Below are positions 32,559 to 46,248 of a stretch of DNA of 64,000 nucleotides, piece after piece. Made by a program: the position numbers and the translations under genes. Position 1 is the first letter of the stretch, and every line of letters starts with the position of its first letter. Source of the stretch: the human T2T-CHM13v2.0 reference genome, Homo sapiens. The notes under the pieces are model-generated. The model was not told where the DNA came from. It saw only the letters and a program-made list of their open reading frames with translations, and did not search any database. The DNA is taken from the NCBI RefSeq assembly GCF_009914755.1, contig NC_060925.1. One strand, 5' to 3'.

Positions 32559-33256
32559 ACAGGCAGATTTGGTTGGTGTCTAACACGGCAAACCATGTCA
32601 CAGGCTATCATAGCAAGTATCTTTAAACAACAAATAATTTCCTTTGGTCCAGTTCTATAGTCAACTAACCTTCTGGCCTTAATTCGGTTTCCTTGGTAAG
32701 TTTATCTACCAGGGAGACAATGTGTCAATAAGCTGACAGAAATGTCTGGTCTGCTGGCAGTTATAATTGTAAAGTAAATTAATAGATTGTTTTTCAGGTG
32801 TACATTAGTCTCCTGCAAGTTTTATTAAGTTGGCTTAACTACCCAAAGTCCTTATCACCTTCAATGAGTATACTCAAATCATAAGCTGAAAGGGCAGATC
32901 CTGGACCTTGGTAACCTCACTTGGAGACAGCCTGGGAGGCCCAACCTGGATCGCTTGTTAGCCTCTAATCGAAATCCTAATTACCAGCCCTCAGGGAGCC
33001 ACTGGATCTCAGAGCTCATAGTTACCACTTACTCTTGGCATTCCTTAATAACTCAGCAAAGGTCATCAATGTCTCCTACAAAGCTTCTAATAAATCCGGA
33101 GATAGTTTTTTCACATAAACACCTCCATTGTACAATTCTGTCCATAATGAAATTTTACCTCTAAGAATCATTTTTATGAGAAGAATCGTGGAAGTATATA
33201 AAGGATGTGTGCAGCTGAGCATCACAAGAAATTACCATAAAGAAGAAAGGAGAGCA

Positions 33257-33557
<301 letters not shown>

Positions 33558-33908
33558 GGGGAAGAAGAAGAAAGAAGGGAAGGATGAAGGATGGAAGTGT
33601 GGCGGGGGGAGGAAGGAATGAAGGAATGGAGGGAGGGAGGAAGTGAAAGAGAGAAGCACGAGTTCAAGTTTGAATCCTAGATCTACTACTTACTGGCTGT
33701 ATGAACTTGGGCAAGTTACTTATACTTTCATTTTCCTTAAAAATAAGTCACAGACATCCTTCCATATTAATACATAGACATTCATATTCTTTTCAATGAC
33801 TGCCTAGTATTCCAATACACCATAACTAATGTACCCATTGTCTTTTGTTGTGCTTTAGTGTCCCTCATCTGAAAAATGGGGATAACGTGACTTATTTCAT
33901 ATCTGTGA

Positions 33909-34309
<401 letters not shown>

Positions 34310-34431
34310 TCACATCTGGCTACTAAAATTGTAGAAGTCCTAAAACCAATTTTTTAAATTCAGAAAATAAAACACAATGCCTATTGATTATGGAGACAAT
34401 AATTATTTCCATAAGCATAAAAATAACTGAG

Positions 34432-34610
34432 ATTATCTGTCAAATTTTAATGTGCATAAATGTAATTTAATCAACTGGGCATCTTTTTAAAATGCAGATT
34501 CTGATTCCAATGTTCTGGGGTGGGACTTCAGATTCTGCATTTCTAACAAGTTCTGAGGTTATGCTCATTGCTGCTAGTCTGCAGATCACCCACTGAGTAC
34601 TCAGAACACA
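34432..34610. mobile_element. MER5-type hAT MITE
   Basis: TAAAATGCAGATTCTGATTC...CTGGGGTGGG...TTCTGCATTTCTAACAAG. Confidence 0.65.
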
Positions 34611-35102
34611 GATGGTTTGATTCAAAGGGAAAAGGTATATAGAAGGAAAAAAGCAGATATCTTTTAAGTATTAAAATGAAGTTAATACTTACCTCATAAG
34701 ATTGGTGTGAAGATAAAGTGAAATATATCTAAAATGTTAGAATAGCCATCAATGGGGAACACCCTACAATCATATTTTATAGCTTTATTGCAGGATTGCA
34801 CAATAAATATATTACTCATATATAATATGTAATTTACAGAGGAACTGTGTATTATACATTTGTCTAATGATTGTAATACGCATATTGCATATTATGTATG
34901 ACAAAATTTTATTTGTTGGCTTGCTGTCTCTTAAAGTTTTATGGTGTCTGTTGCCTTACAGAAATTTTTAATTTTTATACTGTCAAGTATTTCTCTTCTG
35001 GGTTCTTTTATGTTTTCTTTGGTGCTTAGGAAGCTTTTCCCTGTCCCTAAGTAATAAAATATTCTCCCAAATTTTTTCAAGTAATTTCATTGTTTTCATT
35101 TG

Positions 35103-35380
35103 TTTTGTTCTGAGATAGGGTCTCACTCTCTTATCCAGGATGGAGTACAGTGGCTGATCACAACTCACTGCATTCTCGAACTCCTGGCTCAAGGGACCTT
35201 CCAGCCTCAGTCTTTTGGGTAACTGGGACTATACGCACATATCACCTCCATACCCAGCTATTTTTTTTTTTTTAAGAGACAGGGTCTTGCCATCTTGCCC
35301 ACACTAGGCTTGAACTTCTGAGCTTCTGCCTCAGCCTCCCAAAGTGCTAGGAGTACAGGTATAAGCCACCAGACCCAGCC
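35103..35380 (-). mobile_element. AluJ
   Basis: Diverged antisense Alu. Confidence 0.88.
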
Positions 35381-35459
35381 TGTTTTAGTCTTAATGGTTA
35401 TAATGGGAGGGCGGGGGACAGTTCAAAATGTTTTTTAAAAATACACCTACATGAGACTT

Positions 35460-38400
35460 TCCCCACTGGTTTTATGGTTTATTCAATATTATATTATCAT
35501 TGCTACAAGAAAGAATCAAAGAAGCATATTACATAAAATATATGGATAAGCTAAAAAGTAAATAGAGCAGTAGTCCTAGGCATTTCCATATATCTTTTAT
35601 TCAACCCATTTTCATATTGACACTCCAACATTAATAAACCATTTAACCATCAAACATGATTGCAAATTAATATTCTTAATTATTGCACATTGGTTCTGCC
35701 TATATGCCTATATGCAATCCACTTGTACAGTGTTAGTTCAGTACTAGAGAAGTTCTGCCTATATGCCTATATGCAATCCACTTGTACAGTGCTAGTTCAG
35801 TACTAGAGAAAAAATTATCTTCATTTAGGTCTCTACTTAAAGTACATCTCATTAATGGGATCTTCCATGACCATTCTATCAAACCTCAGCTCCTCCCACC
35901 CCTTTTCCCTATTTTTTTTACCATTCATACTACTATTTGAAAAGTTGTATTACATACTTATTATCTGTCTCACCATGAGAGCAGGGGCTTTTTCCTGTTA
36001 TACTATCCTCTAGCATCTAGAACAACTCAGATGTACCTCATAAGATTGGCTGAATAAATCACTGAATAGTTTTCAAAAAGTTAATGTAATCAAGTCAAAA
36101 ATAAAAAGTGCCCAGTATGCTAGAAGTGGTGAATCTTTACCATGTCAGTCATTGGATTTAGGCCAGTTAACAATATACTAAAGAACAAACTAAATAACAT
36201 GCATGTTTGACTGATCTAGGAATTCATACTACTCTAAAAAACGCAGTATCATTCTAAAAATATAACTATCCAGTTTGTCTGTTTTAGGCATTTAGGCATA
36301 GAAGGTTTAACTTTTCTGCATTCCAGTGCACAGTCATTAAGTGTTACAGCAGGTTCCTCATTCCTTGAACACAACTACTGCAACATGTTCTAACATTAAT
36401 AGTTCCAACAGTGAACTCCCTGACTGTTGCAAAAGTGAGCAGTTCCCTAGGTACACCAATACTGTATGTTTGGATGGGAGTAATCTCTGGAGACTTAAGC
36501 TTGAAACCGCTCCTCCAAACCTTCCAATGATTTTGTAAGAAACTATGTAGTTTCAAAACTCCCAATATAAATCTGCATTCCTCTTCAAATAGCTAGAGTG
36601 GTTTGTTTCCTGAAAATTTGTATATGATCAAGTTTAAAAATAATATAAACTTCATAGAACTATTTCAGACTATGGGGAGGGCAAGCAAGACTAACACACA
36701 AAAACATATGTGTACACATGAGGAAAAAGGATCACTAAATACATAAAATGTTAATGTGCTCATCCCTGTAAATAGAAATATGGTAATTTAAATTTTATTT
36801 TTACTTATCTGTTTTCTCTAAATGGTTTTTGAGGAGAATACATTAAAAGCCCTTTTTTTCCCTCAAATAAACAAAATCCTCCTACAGGATAAAAATATCT
36901 AAATGCATCTTGAAATGTTAACGTTACAGGCAACTAGGAGGATTAATTGAAAGTATTAATCTGCATGTAACACCATAATATACACACAAATATGTACCAT
37001 GGTCCTAACTGGGGGAGCAAGTCCCCGTGGTTGTGATTCCCGAGCAAATATTTGTCTGTTTTAGTGGCACAGTCGAGCTGACTGCTGTTCGGAAAAGGGC
37101 AAGCTATCTTGGGAACTAAACATATAAGGTGAGAGTAGCCAGTGCCGCAGCTGTTGGCAAGGTTTTTGTTGATAATAACAGAAGTACATCCCTTAGAATT
37201 GGCTATTTTGAAGGCTTAAAATAGAATGGAAGCGACTTCACCTACCCAATAATTAAATAAAATTTTAGAAAAGACTAAATATGAAATGAGCAAGATTTTC
37301 TATAAAATATCATTTAAAAAAAACTTTCCAAATAGCATTTATCTATTTATGGGTTGCTCTTTATTCTTCCATTTTCTCTACCCTCTAGCTTCATGACTTA
37401 ATTTCAAACCAGCAACATATAGCACCCAGACAAGTCACACTTCTTTATTCACAGACAGAAGTAATCATGAAGTATCACAAGGGATTTGCAATCACCAAAG
37501 AAGATGCAGATAAAATAAACCACTCTTAAGCTATGGAAATTCCTATTAAGGAATTTTATTAGATTAATAAGAAAAATCCTTATACCTATTAATATAGTCA
37601 TTTTACAAGGATATTTTTCAAATGTCATTTGATATTACTTTTGTTAACACTTTCAATGACAATTCTGATGAGCTCTAATTTTGGATCTTTTATGGTTACT
37701 GCTTTCTGTGACCTAAGAAACCTTTGGCTAACCCCCCAAGTCACAAAAATATCATCTGTTTTCAGTTAAAAAGCTTCATACTTTTAAAATATTACATTTA
37801 GGTCTATGATTCATCTCAAAGTCATTTTTGTGAGGTAGGGGGTCATTGTTCACTTTTTTCTATATGGATATTCAGCTATTCTATTCTGGCTCCATTTGTT
37901 GAAAAGACTTTCCTTCTCTGTTGAATTGTTTTGCCACCTTTGTCGAAATCAAGTGATCATATAAACGTTGATCTGTTTTCAGGCTCTCTCTTCTGTTCCA
38001 TTGCTTTATTTGTCAATCCTAGTGCCAGTATCACACTGTATTGATTACTAAATACAACTTACCACAATAATCCTCACATTGCTTAACAAAATTTAAGCCT
38101 CAATAGGAAAGAATATATAAATTAAGCTGAAATAAACGAATGAGATCAAGATGAGCCTTCCTTAAAAATCTATTTTTAAAAATTATATCATGGCTTTGAA
38201 AACACTCCATAATTATTACTGTATCAACAGCAAAACATATTTACCCACAAATAACTGAGAGACTACATATTTTCCATTACCTCCAACTGAAATTATGTAT
38301 GAAAAATATTTCATTCGTTTTTCTATCAATTTCCTATCAGGTTTTTCTCCATTAGTTCTAAGTCATTTAATACCACAATTACTAAGCTTAAAAACAATCC

Positions 38401-39558
38401 TTAAAAATGTGCTGAAGCTGGAAGATGGGTACACATTCTCCCTAATAAAATAAATTATGCTAAATTGATTTTACAATAAATAATAAAATGTTAAAGTCAT
38501 GTATCAACCTCAGAAATATTCTTGATAAAGAAAAAAGTAGGTTACTTCCTTTAAAAAAGAAAGCTTTATAAAGTCTTCTTTAAAGTCTGACTTGCAAAGG
38601 AAGATTAGAAGCAGAAGATTATTACAAAGCAACTCCCAAATCAATTTTTAAAAATCAATTGTGAGCAAATTACATATGGCTCTTGAAAACTGCAGGCTGT
38701 ACGAAATTTATTCAAATTGGCATAGAAAGACCCCCATCACCACTACCATCTTTTTAAAAAAGCAGATAACATGAACTGTCAGACCTCCAGTTTTTTTATA
38801 CACAGCTTACAAGCTTGAAACAATATTCCATTGAGAGTAACACCAACATTCTTTAAGATTTACAATTTCTTCTTAACCTGAAATTTTGCTTTGAAGCATA
38901 ATACTCAGACCTTCCTGAAACAATTCTCTAATACATAAACAAATAACCCCAAACACTTGAAGAAAATTTACTAAAATAAAATTGAGATGTTTATTACTTT
39001 TCTACTGACAGCAGTGAAAATCACTGGAAATTATACTTTTGTCCTTTTTAAATGATTTACATTAAAATCATACTTTCTCAAATAACTGGTATAGCAGATA
39101 AAATTCAGTTTTAAAATCCTCAAAACACTTAGATATCAAAGATAGAAATACTGATTTTTTTTCCGTTAATGATGAGAAGAAATAAGACAACCAGTTTAAT
39201 CAAGATCTGACAATTGCAAATTTTAAGTATTTAAATTACAGATAAGGAATATCGTTTGTGCATTTTCTAGCTTCATATGGTAGTTAGACAACCAGAAAAC
39301 TAACAGTTGTCAGACTCAATGTCAAATAATGGAATTTGGGAAAGCATTCTTAATATCACTTTCATTTAATATGCACTACATGCACATGATGCAGGTAGGG
39401 AAGAAGTTTATGAATCCATGCATTAAAGACAAGACAGGCTGGCACTATTGCCAAACGTGCACTGAGCCAATTAGGATGTTGCTCTAAGTTCTTTATACAT
39501 AATGGTTTCCATGAAAATATGTGCAGAAGCAGAAATGTGTACATATCTGAAAACATCT
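35460..39558 (-). other. UCHL5: UCHL5 3'UTR (long form inferred) with several AATAAA signals
   Basis: Minus-strand AATAAA at 38990-38995, 38707-38712, 37555-37560, 35596-35601 and 35478-35483. The distal end is inferred, not proven. Confidence 0.55.
35693..35810. repeat. Tandem duplication, 2 x 59 bp
   Basis: GTTCTGCCTATATGCC...CAGTACTAGAGAA repeated twice with one mismatch. Confidence 0.95.
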
Positions 39559-39603
39559 TCATTTGGTTTCCTGAGCTTTCTTTGCGTTCTGTTTTTCTTT
39601 TGC
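39559..39603 (-). CDS. UCHL5: UCHL5 last coding exon (AKEKQNAKKAQETK*)
   Basis: Acceptor ttttag|GCA; TGA at 39561-39559; matches the UCH37 KEKE-like tail. Confidence 0.96.
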   Translation of the reverse strand, partial: AKEKQNAKKAQETK

Positions 39604-42019
39604 CTAAAAATTAAAAATAGTATGTTACAAAATTTTAAAAGTCAGTTTTAGACTATATTAGAATAAAATGTGCCTAAGAGGGTATTCTCAAGCTGAAAGG
39701 CTTGAAATACATTGTTTATAAGACTTCTAAAGCATTATGTTTTATAACTTGAGACTTATAACAAACTTTTCCTGGACAATTACATAGTTATTCTTTGCCC
39801 TAAGAAAGGATCATGTTTGGTTTGCAGTTCTTTCCTATCTGAAGGTGAAATGAATTATTATAATTGTAATAATTTAAAAATTCCATAAAGTCAAACTCAT
39901 TCATGAGTATTCCAAAACAATATATATACACATATTTGCCCATTTCCTATTCACATGAGCATAAGAAAAATCTTACATTAGTTTCTGCAAATGTGAATAA
40001 ATGAGTTTAACATAACAGTTTAAGTGACTTTAACATAATGTCACTAAAGGATTATGTATCCTTGGTGTCAACAAACTTTATTTATATGACCTAAAAAAAA
40101 ATGTTTTTACATACTAGTTCAATAGATCTTCATTACAATTATATAGCTTGAACACAGTACTTGTTTTATTCTTTAGCAAATGAAAAAGCCAGAGCTTATA
40201 GATGTTATCAAGCTTGACCAAAGTCCCACAGCTAGTATACAGTAAGTCCTCAATACAGATCAAAGACATATGCTTTATAGCATTGCTTCTCAATGTATAT
40301 ACCAATGACTTAGAGACCCTGTTAAAATGCAGACTGATTTAGTAAAATGCCTGAGGTTCTGTATTTCTAACAAACTCTCAGATGATGCCAGTTCTGCTGG
40401 TGTTCAGAAGACATTTCTAAAAGCAAGATTTTAGAGTACTACAATGCAATATTTTTCCACTGTGCCACTTCAGAAGAGTCAATGAATTAGACTTCTACAT
40501 TATACAACTTTTTTTAAAACGTCCTTAAATAAAAAATACAGCAATTAAAACAATTACAATCTCTTTTTGTAATGTATTAGGTAGTATAATTATTATTTAA
40601 CAGTATGATAAAACAGTGCTGTGCCTTAGAATGAATAAGAGCAAATAGTCTGTGTGTCATATTAAAAATAATAAAGTTAATTGCCAACATCAACGTTTTT
40701 AGTTAACAAGCATAATTTGTAATTTGATATGTGTATCGCATCTCATACAAAGTTTTCTGTCCTCAAATAATAAATATAATTTGGTTTTAGGCATAATTTA
40801 AAATAAAAGTATGTGCTTCTTTCCTTATTGATCTGAGTATACTTAATAGAATATTGAGAAGGATTAACAAGAAATAAATTTACTGGTTTCTGATATAAAC
40901 TTTACAACATAATTAAATGAGCAAACACATATAAGGCAGAGTGTCTATACATTTATTAAAATTAAAAATAATTATCACAATTAATTGAGCACTAATTTAT
41001 ACACTTTACAGATATGATCTCATTTAATCATCAAGAATGTGAAGTAGGTATGATTCCCAGTTTACAGATGAGAAAGAGGTTATAAGAAAGTAAATAGTGC
41101 CTAAAAGCTCCAGCTAATAAGTAACATATATATAAGATTTAAATTCAAAGCCTGTATTTTGGTCTGTTTTTGTTAAAAAATAAAAATAAAATCATATAAA
41201 TAACATGGAAAAATATATACTGTTAAAAATACTTTCCTTCTATACAGTGTACCAATGATATTAAAAAGTACTGACTCAAATCAGATAATTCTGCATTAAT
41301 AGATACTAATGTAGATATTGTTGTGATTAGCCTTAACTATTCTTCTACCTTATTTCTATTAAGAAATAGAAAAAGATCTGAAGCTTACTTATTACCAATT
41401 GAATCACAAAGTCATAGTAAAATGTGGACAAAATTCAATATTGTGAAGTTGTTTGGATTTCCCCATAGCAATGGAATTTATGATTTTACATCACGTTAAG
41501 TTATTGGTAGTTAAAAATTTAAGATAGACAATGATTCATAATTACATACAAATGTGTAGACAAAAATTTGTTAATCATAAATATACCTGAATAAATAGAA
41601 GTCTCACAAATGTAATCTTAAACTAGATAATTTTATTTTATATTTTAAGAAAGAGATTTGGTACATAATACAAGAAGTTTTATAACTATATATTTTTGGA
41701 TTACCTCCTAGGCAGTTTTTAAATGTGGTGTGTATTCAACGAATTCATCGGTTAAAAAGTCTCACATAACAAAAACATTTATAGGTTCTAACCAAGTTCA
41801 TTATAGCCATGCCGAGGGAGAATCACTTTTTATTTATTATTTTGCAAATAAAAAGATTTTAGGTCAAATACTTTTATGTCATCACAGATTATAGGCAACT
41901 GCCTCAGCTATTCAAAAATCTCATCCTGTAGAATCTCAGCATATAGTAGCACTGCATGGTGCAGCCATATCTTTCCTGTTTGTTTCCTTCTATTCCTTCT
42001 CACACCTTGTTCTTTTATC

Positions 42020-42028
42020 CTATTTTCC
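42020..42028 (-). CDS. UCHL5: UCHL5 alternative terminal exon coding GK* (UTR to about 41810)
   Basis: Strong acceptor tgtgttttgttttcag|GGA AAA TAG in phase 0; overlapping AATAAA hexamers at 41829-41838. Confidence 0.72.
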   Translation of the reverse strand, partial: GK

Positions 42029-43550
42029 CTGAAAACAAAACACAGTAAGATCCACTATTCCAACTTATCTATTTCTGAATTCTATAGGTAATTTTTCTTA
42101 GAAGTATTACCATTAAGTAATTAACTATCACTGGTAAAGATTTTATATAATTATAAAATCTAATCTTTATTCTAACAGTTTTTCAACACGCTTTATTTTT
42201 TAAATTTGCATTTATCTGCAGAAAATGATATTTTAATATGGTATCTTTTTTTTCCAAAATAAGATGAACAAAAATATATTCTTGCAAAGGAAACGGATAT
42301 AGTGCTACAGATTAAGCACTTAATTCCCACCACATATTTAAAACTTTATGGATGTGAAATTTTAAGTGGCTATAAAGCTATTTAGGAGCTACCCTGTGCT
42401 TGCTGGGGATCTTTAGCCTGACTTTATCCTGGCATTTATCAAAATAATACTATTTAGCACAATACCATAATTGTTCATTTATTCCTTTCCCAAATTGTAC
42501 CATGAGTTGCTTAAGAGAAAATAATATGTCTCAGTTATGTATACATCCCTAGACCTTAACAGAGTGCCTGGAATATCCTCGCAGCTAGATAAATGTTTGA
42601 TGAATAATTTAAAACATTTCAACAATTCCAATTAAATGAGTCTAAGCTCCTTCAGAACCTAGGAGAATAATAGTTATTGCATGTATATAAGAAATAAATC
42701 TATCTCAATATTGCTTCTGGAATATTAATAAAAGAACAGCTTAGAGAAATAAGCAACTAGAAGGTCAATAACTACTTTCCTTAAGAAAATGAAGGCAAAC
42801 ACAACAGAGTTGGTGTTCCACTAACATCAGGTATTTATATGCTGCCACCTTGTGTCCAAAAAATGTGAACTAAGGAATAATTATTCTAATGTTAAGCTGA
42901 CAAGCTGTTGTTCTCTAACTATGCTCTCAAAAAAATCTGGGGATATAGTGTAATTAAAAATCAAACAACAGTGGTTCTTTTACTTACTAATTTGCACACA
43001 CAAAAAATTCTGTTCACAGATCAATTTTAATGCAAAATTTATACATTTAATATTTATCTAAGGGTCCTAGTCCCTAGTAACATTTATCTAACTTAAAATC
43101 TGATGTATCACATATTTAGCACATTTTATAGTTATTTTAATATTTTTAACAGAAAAACATTTGATATGATTAATAACATCATATCTAGGTATTCTTGTTA
43201 ACCAAGCAATTTTGAGAACCACAGGACCCTGTATTAATCTAAAACTTTAAAAACAGTTTCCCATCTTAGAATACACCCTGAGATGCATGAACAGAAAAAC
43301 CTATAATGGAAAAGAGAAGATTTAGCAGTCTTCTGCAATAATTTTTACATTTAATGCTAAAAGTTGGGTCACATGTTTCAATCAATAAGGTAATATACAC
43401 AAAAAACTTATTAGCTCACATCTCATATTATTTAGAATGTATAACATGAAACAGCTTGGTTGAAATCAATCTTTGCTTTGTAAACTTTAAAATTAATAAG
43501 GAAAATATACCTACCATGTATTCTCGTCTTTAAGTTAATGGTCCAAAATT

Positions 43551-43589
43551 TTATTTGCCTAGTAGTGTCTTCTCAAAGTGTTTCTCAAA
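43551..43589 (-). CDS. UCHL5: UCHL5 alternative C-terminal exon FEKHFEKTLLGK* (MER5-derived acceptor)
   Basis: Branch-like CTAAT, then ggtctgtgtaccacag|TTT GAG AAA CAC TTT GAG AAG ACA CTA CTA GGC AAA TAA; possible donor ATG|gtaggt at 43514. Confidence 0.65.
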   Translation of the reverse strand, partial: FEKHFEKTLLGK

Positions 43590-43730
43590 CTGTGGTACAC
43601 AGACCAGTTGCATTAGAATCACTTGGGGAACTTATTAAAGAATCCTTCCCCTATATCAGAATATCTGGGGAGGGGCCAGGTAACATGTATTTTAAAGAGT
43701 ATCCACTGATGTTCACTTTCAGAAACACTG
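43565..43730. mobile_element. MER5-type hAT MITE
   Basis: TTTCTCAAACTGTGGTACACAGACCAG..CATTAGAATCAC..GGGGAACTT...CTGGGGAGGGGCCAGG...AGAAACACTG. Confidence 0.75.
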
Positions 43731-44304
43731 ATTTACAGTATGAACTTAAAAACAATTTAACTGCATTTTACTTATTCAACAAATATTTTATTGTTACTTA
43801 TGAAAAAAATCATAGAAATCAGAATTCTTCACTAACTTATGCTAGTTTTCCCTCAGTGGAATGGATACTAAATTAGAAATAAGAAAACCTATTTCGTAGT
43901 ACAGGCTATTTTTTTTTTAAACCCAACAATGTCCATTCTACTTTTAAATTCTGTTATATCAACTCAAATTTTTGCTAAATAGGAAAATATTATTTCAATT
44001 ATCAGCATTAAAAATCTACTTTTGCTTAAAGGAAGTGTTTTAAATTTTATTTTAATACAGCATAACCTGAGGTCTTGACACTAAGAATCTGGAAGCCTAA
44101 AGCAGTGGGGTAATTCTTTATTTTTGTTTTACAGTCTCAATTGAACTAATTCTTACAGAGTAGAAAACAAGAGGCAAAAGCAAAAGAATAAAAACGTACA
44201 AGCTTCCAAAAATTTTACCTCTATTCAAGCAAAAAATAAAAAATACATTTTATGTTTTTGGAGACTCTAAACTTAATTTAAGTATCTACCAATAAAATAC
44301 TTAC

Positions 44305-44403
44305 CTTTTCTACTAGTGGTATTAACTGCTGGTGTTCTGCTAAAGTCTTTAACAATTCCATAATGAAAGGCAGATAATTATGCTTCCTTCTGATATTCTC
44401 AAT
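44305..44403 (-). CDS. UCHL5: UCHL5 exon ([33 protein letters not shown]), ULD domain
   Basis: ttttcag|ATT ... AAG|gtaagt; 99 nt, phase 0/0. Confidence 0.97.
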
Positions 44404-45438
44404 CTGAAAATAAAACATCAATCCACACTAACTACATTTCTGCTAATTTTGATATTTTATTCTTTGCATCCAACTCAAAATAGAAATGGTATATCCATTC
44501 TCATAAGAAAATGATTTTAGAAATAATGAGATTCCATTCCCACTGAGAATAAAAATTAACACAATAAAACATGTGGAGGGAGTTTCTTGGGCAAGGGCCT
44601 CCTGCCCCTGACTTAGCAAATAATAGAGGCCTTTAAAAGTCCAATCTAACATTACTTATGAAAATGTCATTTATAAAAACAACTAAACATCTACAAGCTA
44701 AATTAACATTTGCTACTTCACCTGTGCAAATAATCAGGCAAAGTCTAATGAGACCAGCTTTATTTTGTGATCAAGCACAATCTTTCCTTCAGATTATTTT
44801 TTATCGAAAGGGGGTACACTGCAGGAAAAAATTTCTACTTCAGTGGAAAACTATGCACTGTCTAGATAACATCCTCTCAAGTTATGTGATTCTAGGCTTT
44901 TACTGCCACTGACCTATTATATATTCTGCCTGGTAGAAGTATAATTGATTGCCCTTCCATAGAAAGTTTCCATCTCTTATAAATTCATTTAAACTTCATA
45001 TAAATTTGAGCTTCTCTGACTTCTCCTTTAACTAGAGTTCCTTCAGTTAATTAATTAAATTAAAGCTTAACATGTTTGTTTTATAGCAGTATGACAATCA
45101 TTTTATCTTTTTTTAAACAAAGCATTCCCAAACAATAAAGCAGGACACCTTATGGAAGTTATGGAAACTTTGTGTTGTATTTTGGGCAGATATTAAAAGT
45201 TAGTTAATTACATAATAAACACATAAGTATATATAAAGATGGGTAATTTACTTTTTTTAATATCATGTGAAATGGAAAATAATTGGGAAAGCTATTATTT
45301 TTTCCTTCCCTATCTCCATGAACTTGTCCCTCCCTTTTTCCCGCCTGGAATACTCTAGAGCCTGCCTGCCTGCCCCTACCACTTTCACCTGAAGAAATCC
45401 TACTAGTTTAAGGCCCATTCATTTCACTTAACAATCAC

Positions 45439-45494
45439 CTGTTGTCTGTTAAGTATGATGCAAAGTATCTGTTGTCTGTTAAGTATGATGCAAA
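45439..45494. repeat. Tandem duplication with a 30-bp period
   Basis: CTGTTGTCTGTTAAGTATGATGCAAA twice. Confidence 0.9.
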
Positions 45495-45616
45495 ACACTT
45501 TACTGACACTGTGGGGAGCAACAAAAAGGACAGTTCTTGCCTTACACTGAGGTTCAAATGAAAAATAATCCTTTACTACCATAACACATGACAAATGACA
45601 TATACATTCCACATCC

Positions 45617-45935
<319 letters not shown>

Positions 45936-46134
45936 CTATTCCTAATAATATTTTACAAAAATAAAAATGAAAGACATCTCACTACTTATCTTTGTAGGGT
46001 ATCAGAGAATCAACAAATTATTTGAAATCTGGTAAATGATAGGAGGGAAAGCCATCAGATATTCAATGTACCTTCATCTTGAAATATACTGCTCTATATT
46101 AAAACATTAAAGGAACACATTTTTAAAAACATAC

Positions 46135-46248
46135 CTTGTATCTTTTTAATTTCTGTACTTCTTCTTCAATAAGCATCTGATTTTTGGCAACTTCTGACTG
46201 AATAGCACTTAACATACTATTACCTTGATCTGTATCCATGGGTTCCTC
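46135..46248 (-). CDS. UCHL5: UCHL5 exon (EEPMDTDQGNSMLSAIQSEVAKNQMLIEEEVQKLKRYK)
   Basis: cccccaag|GAG|GAA tandem acceptor; AAG|gtatgt donor; 114 nt. Confidence 0.97.
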
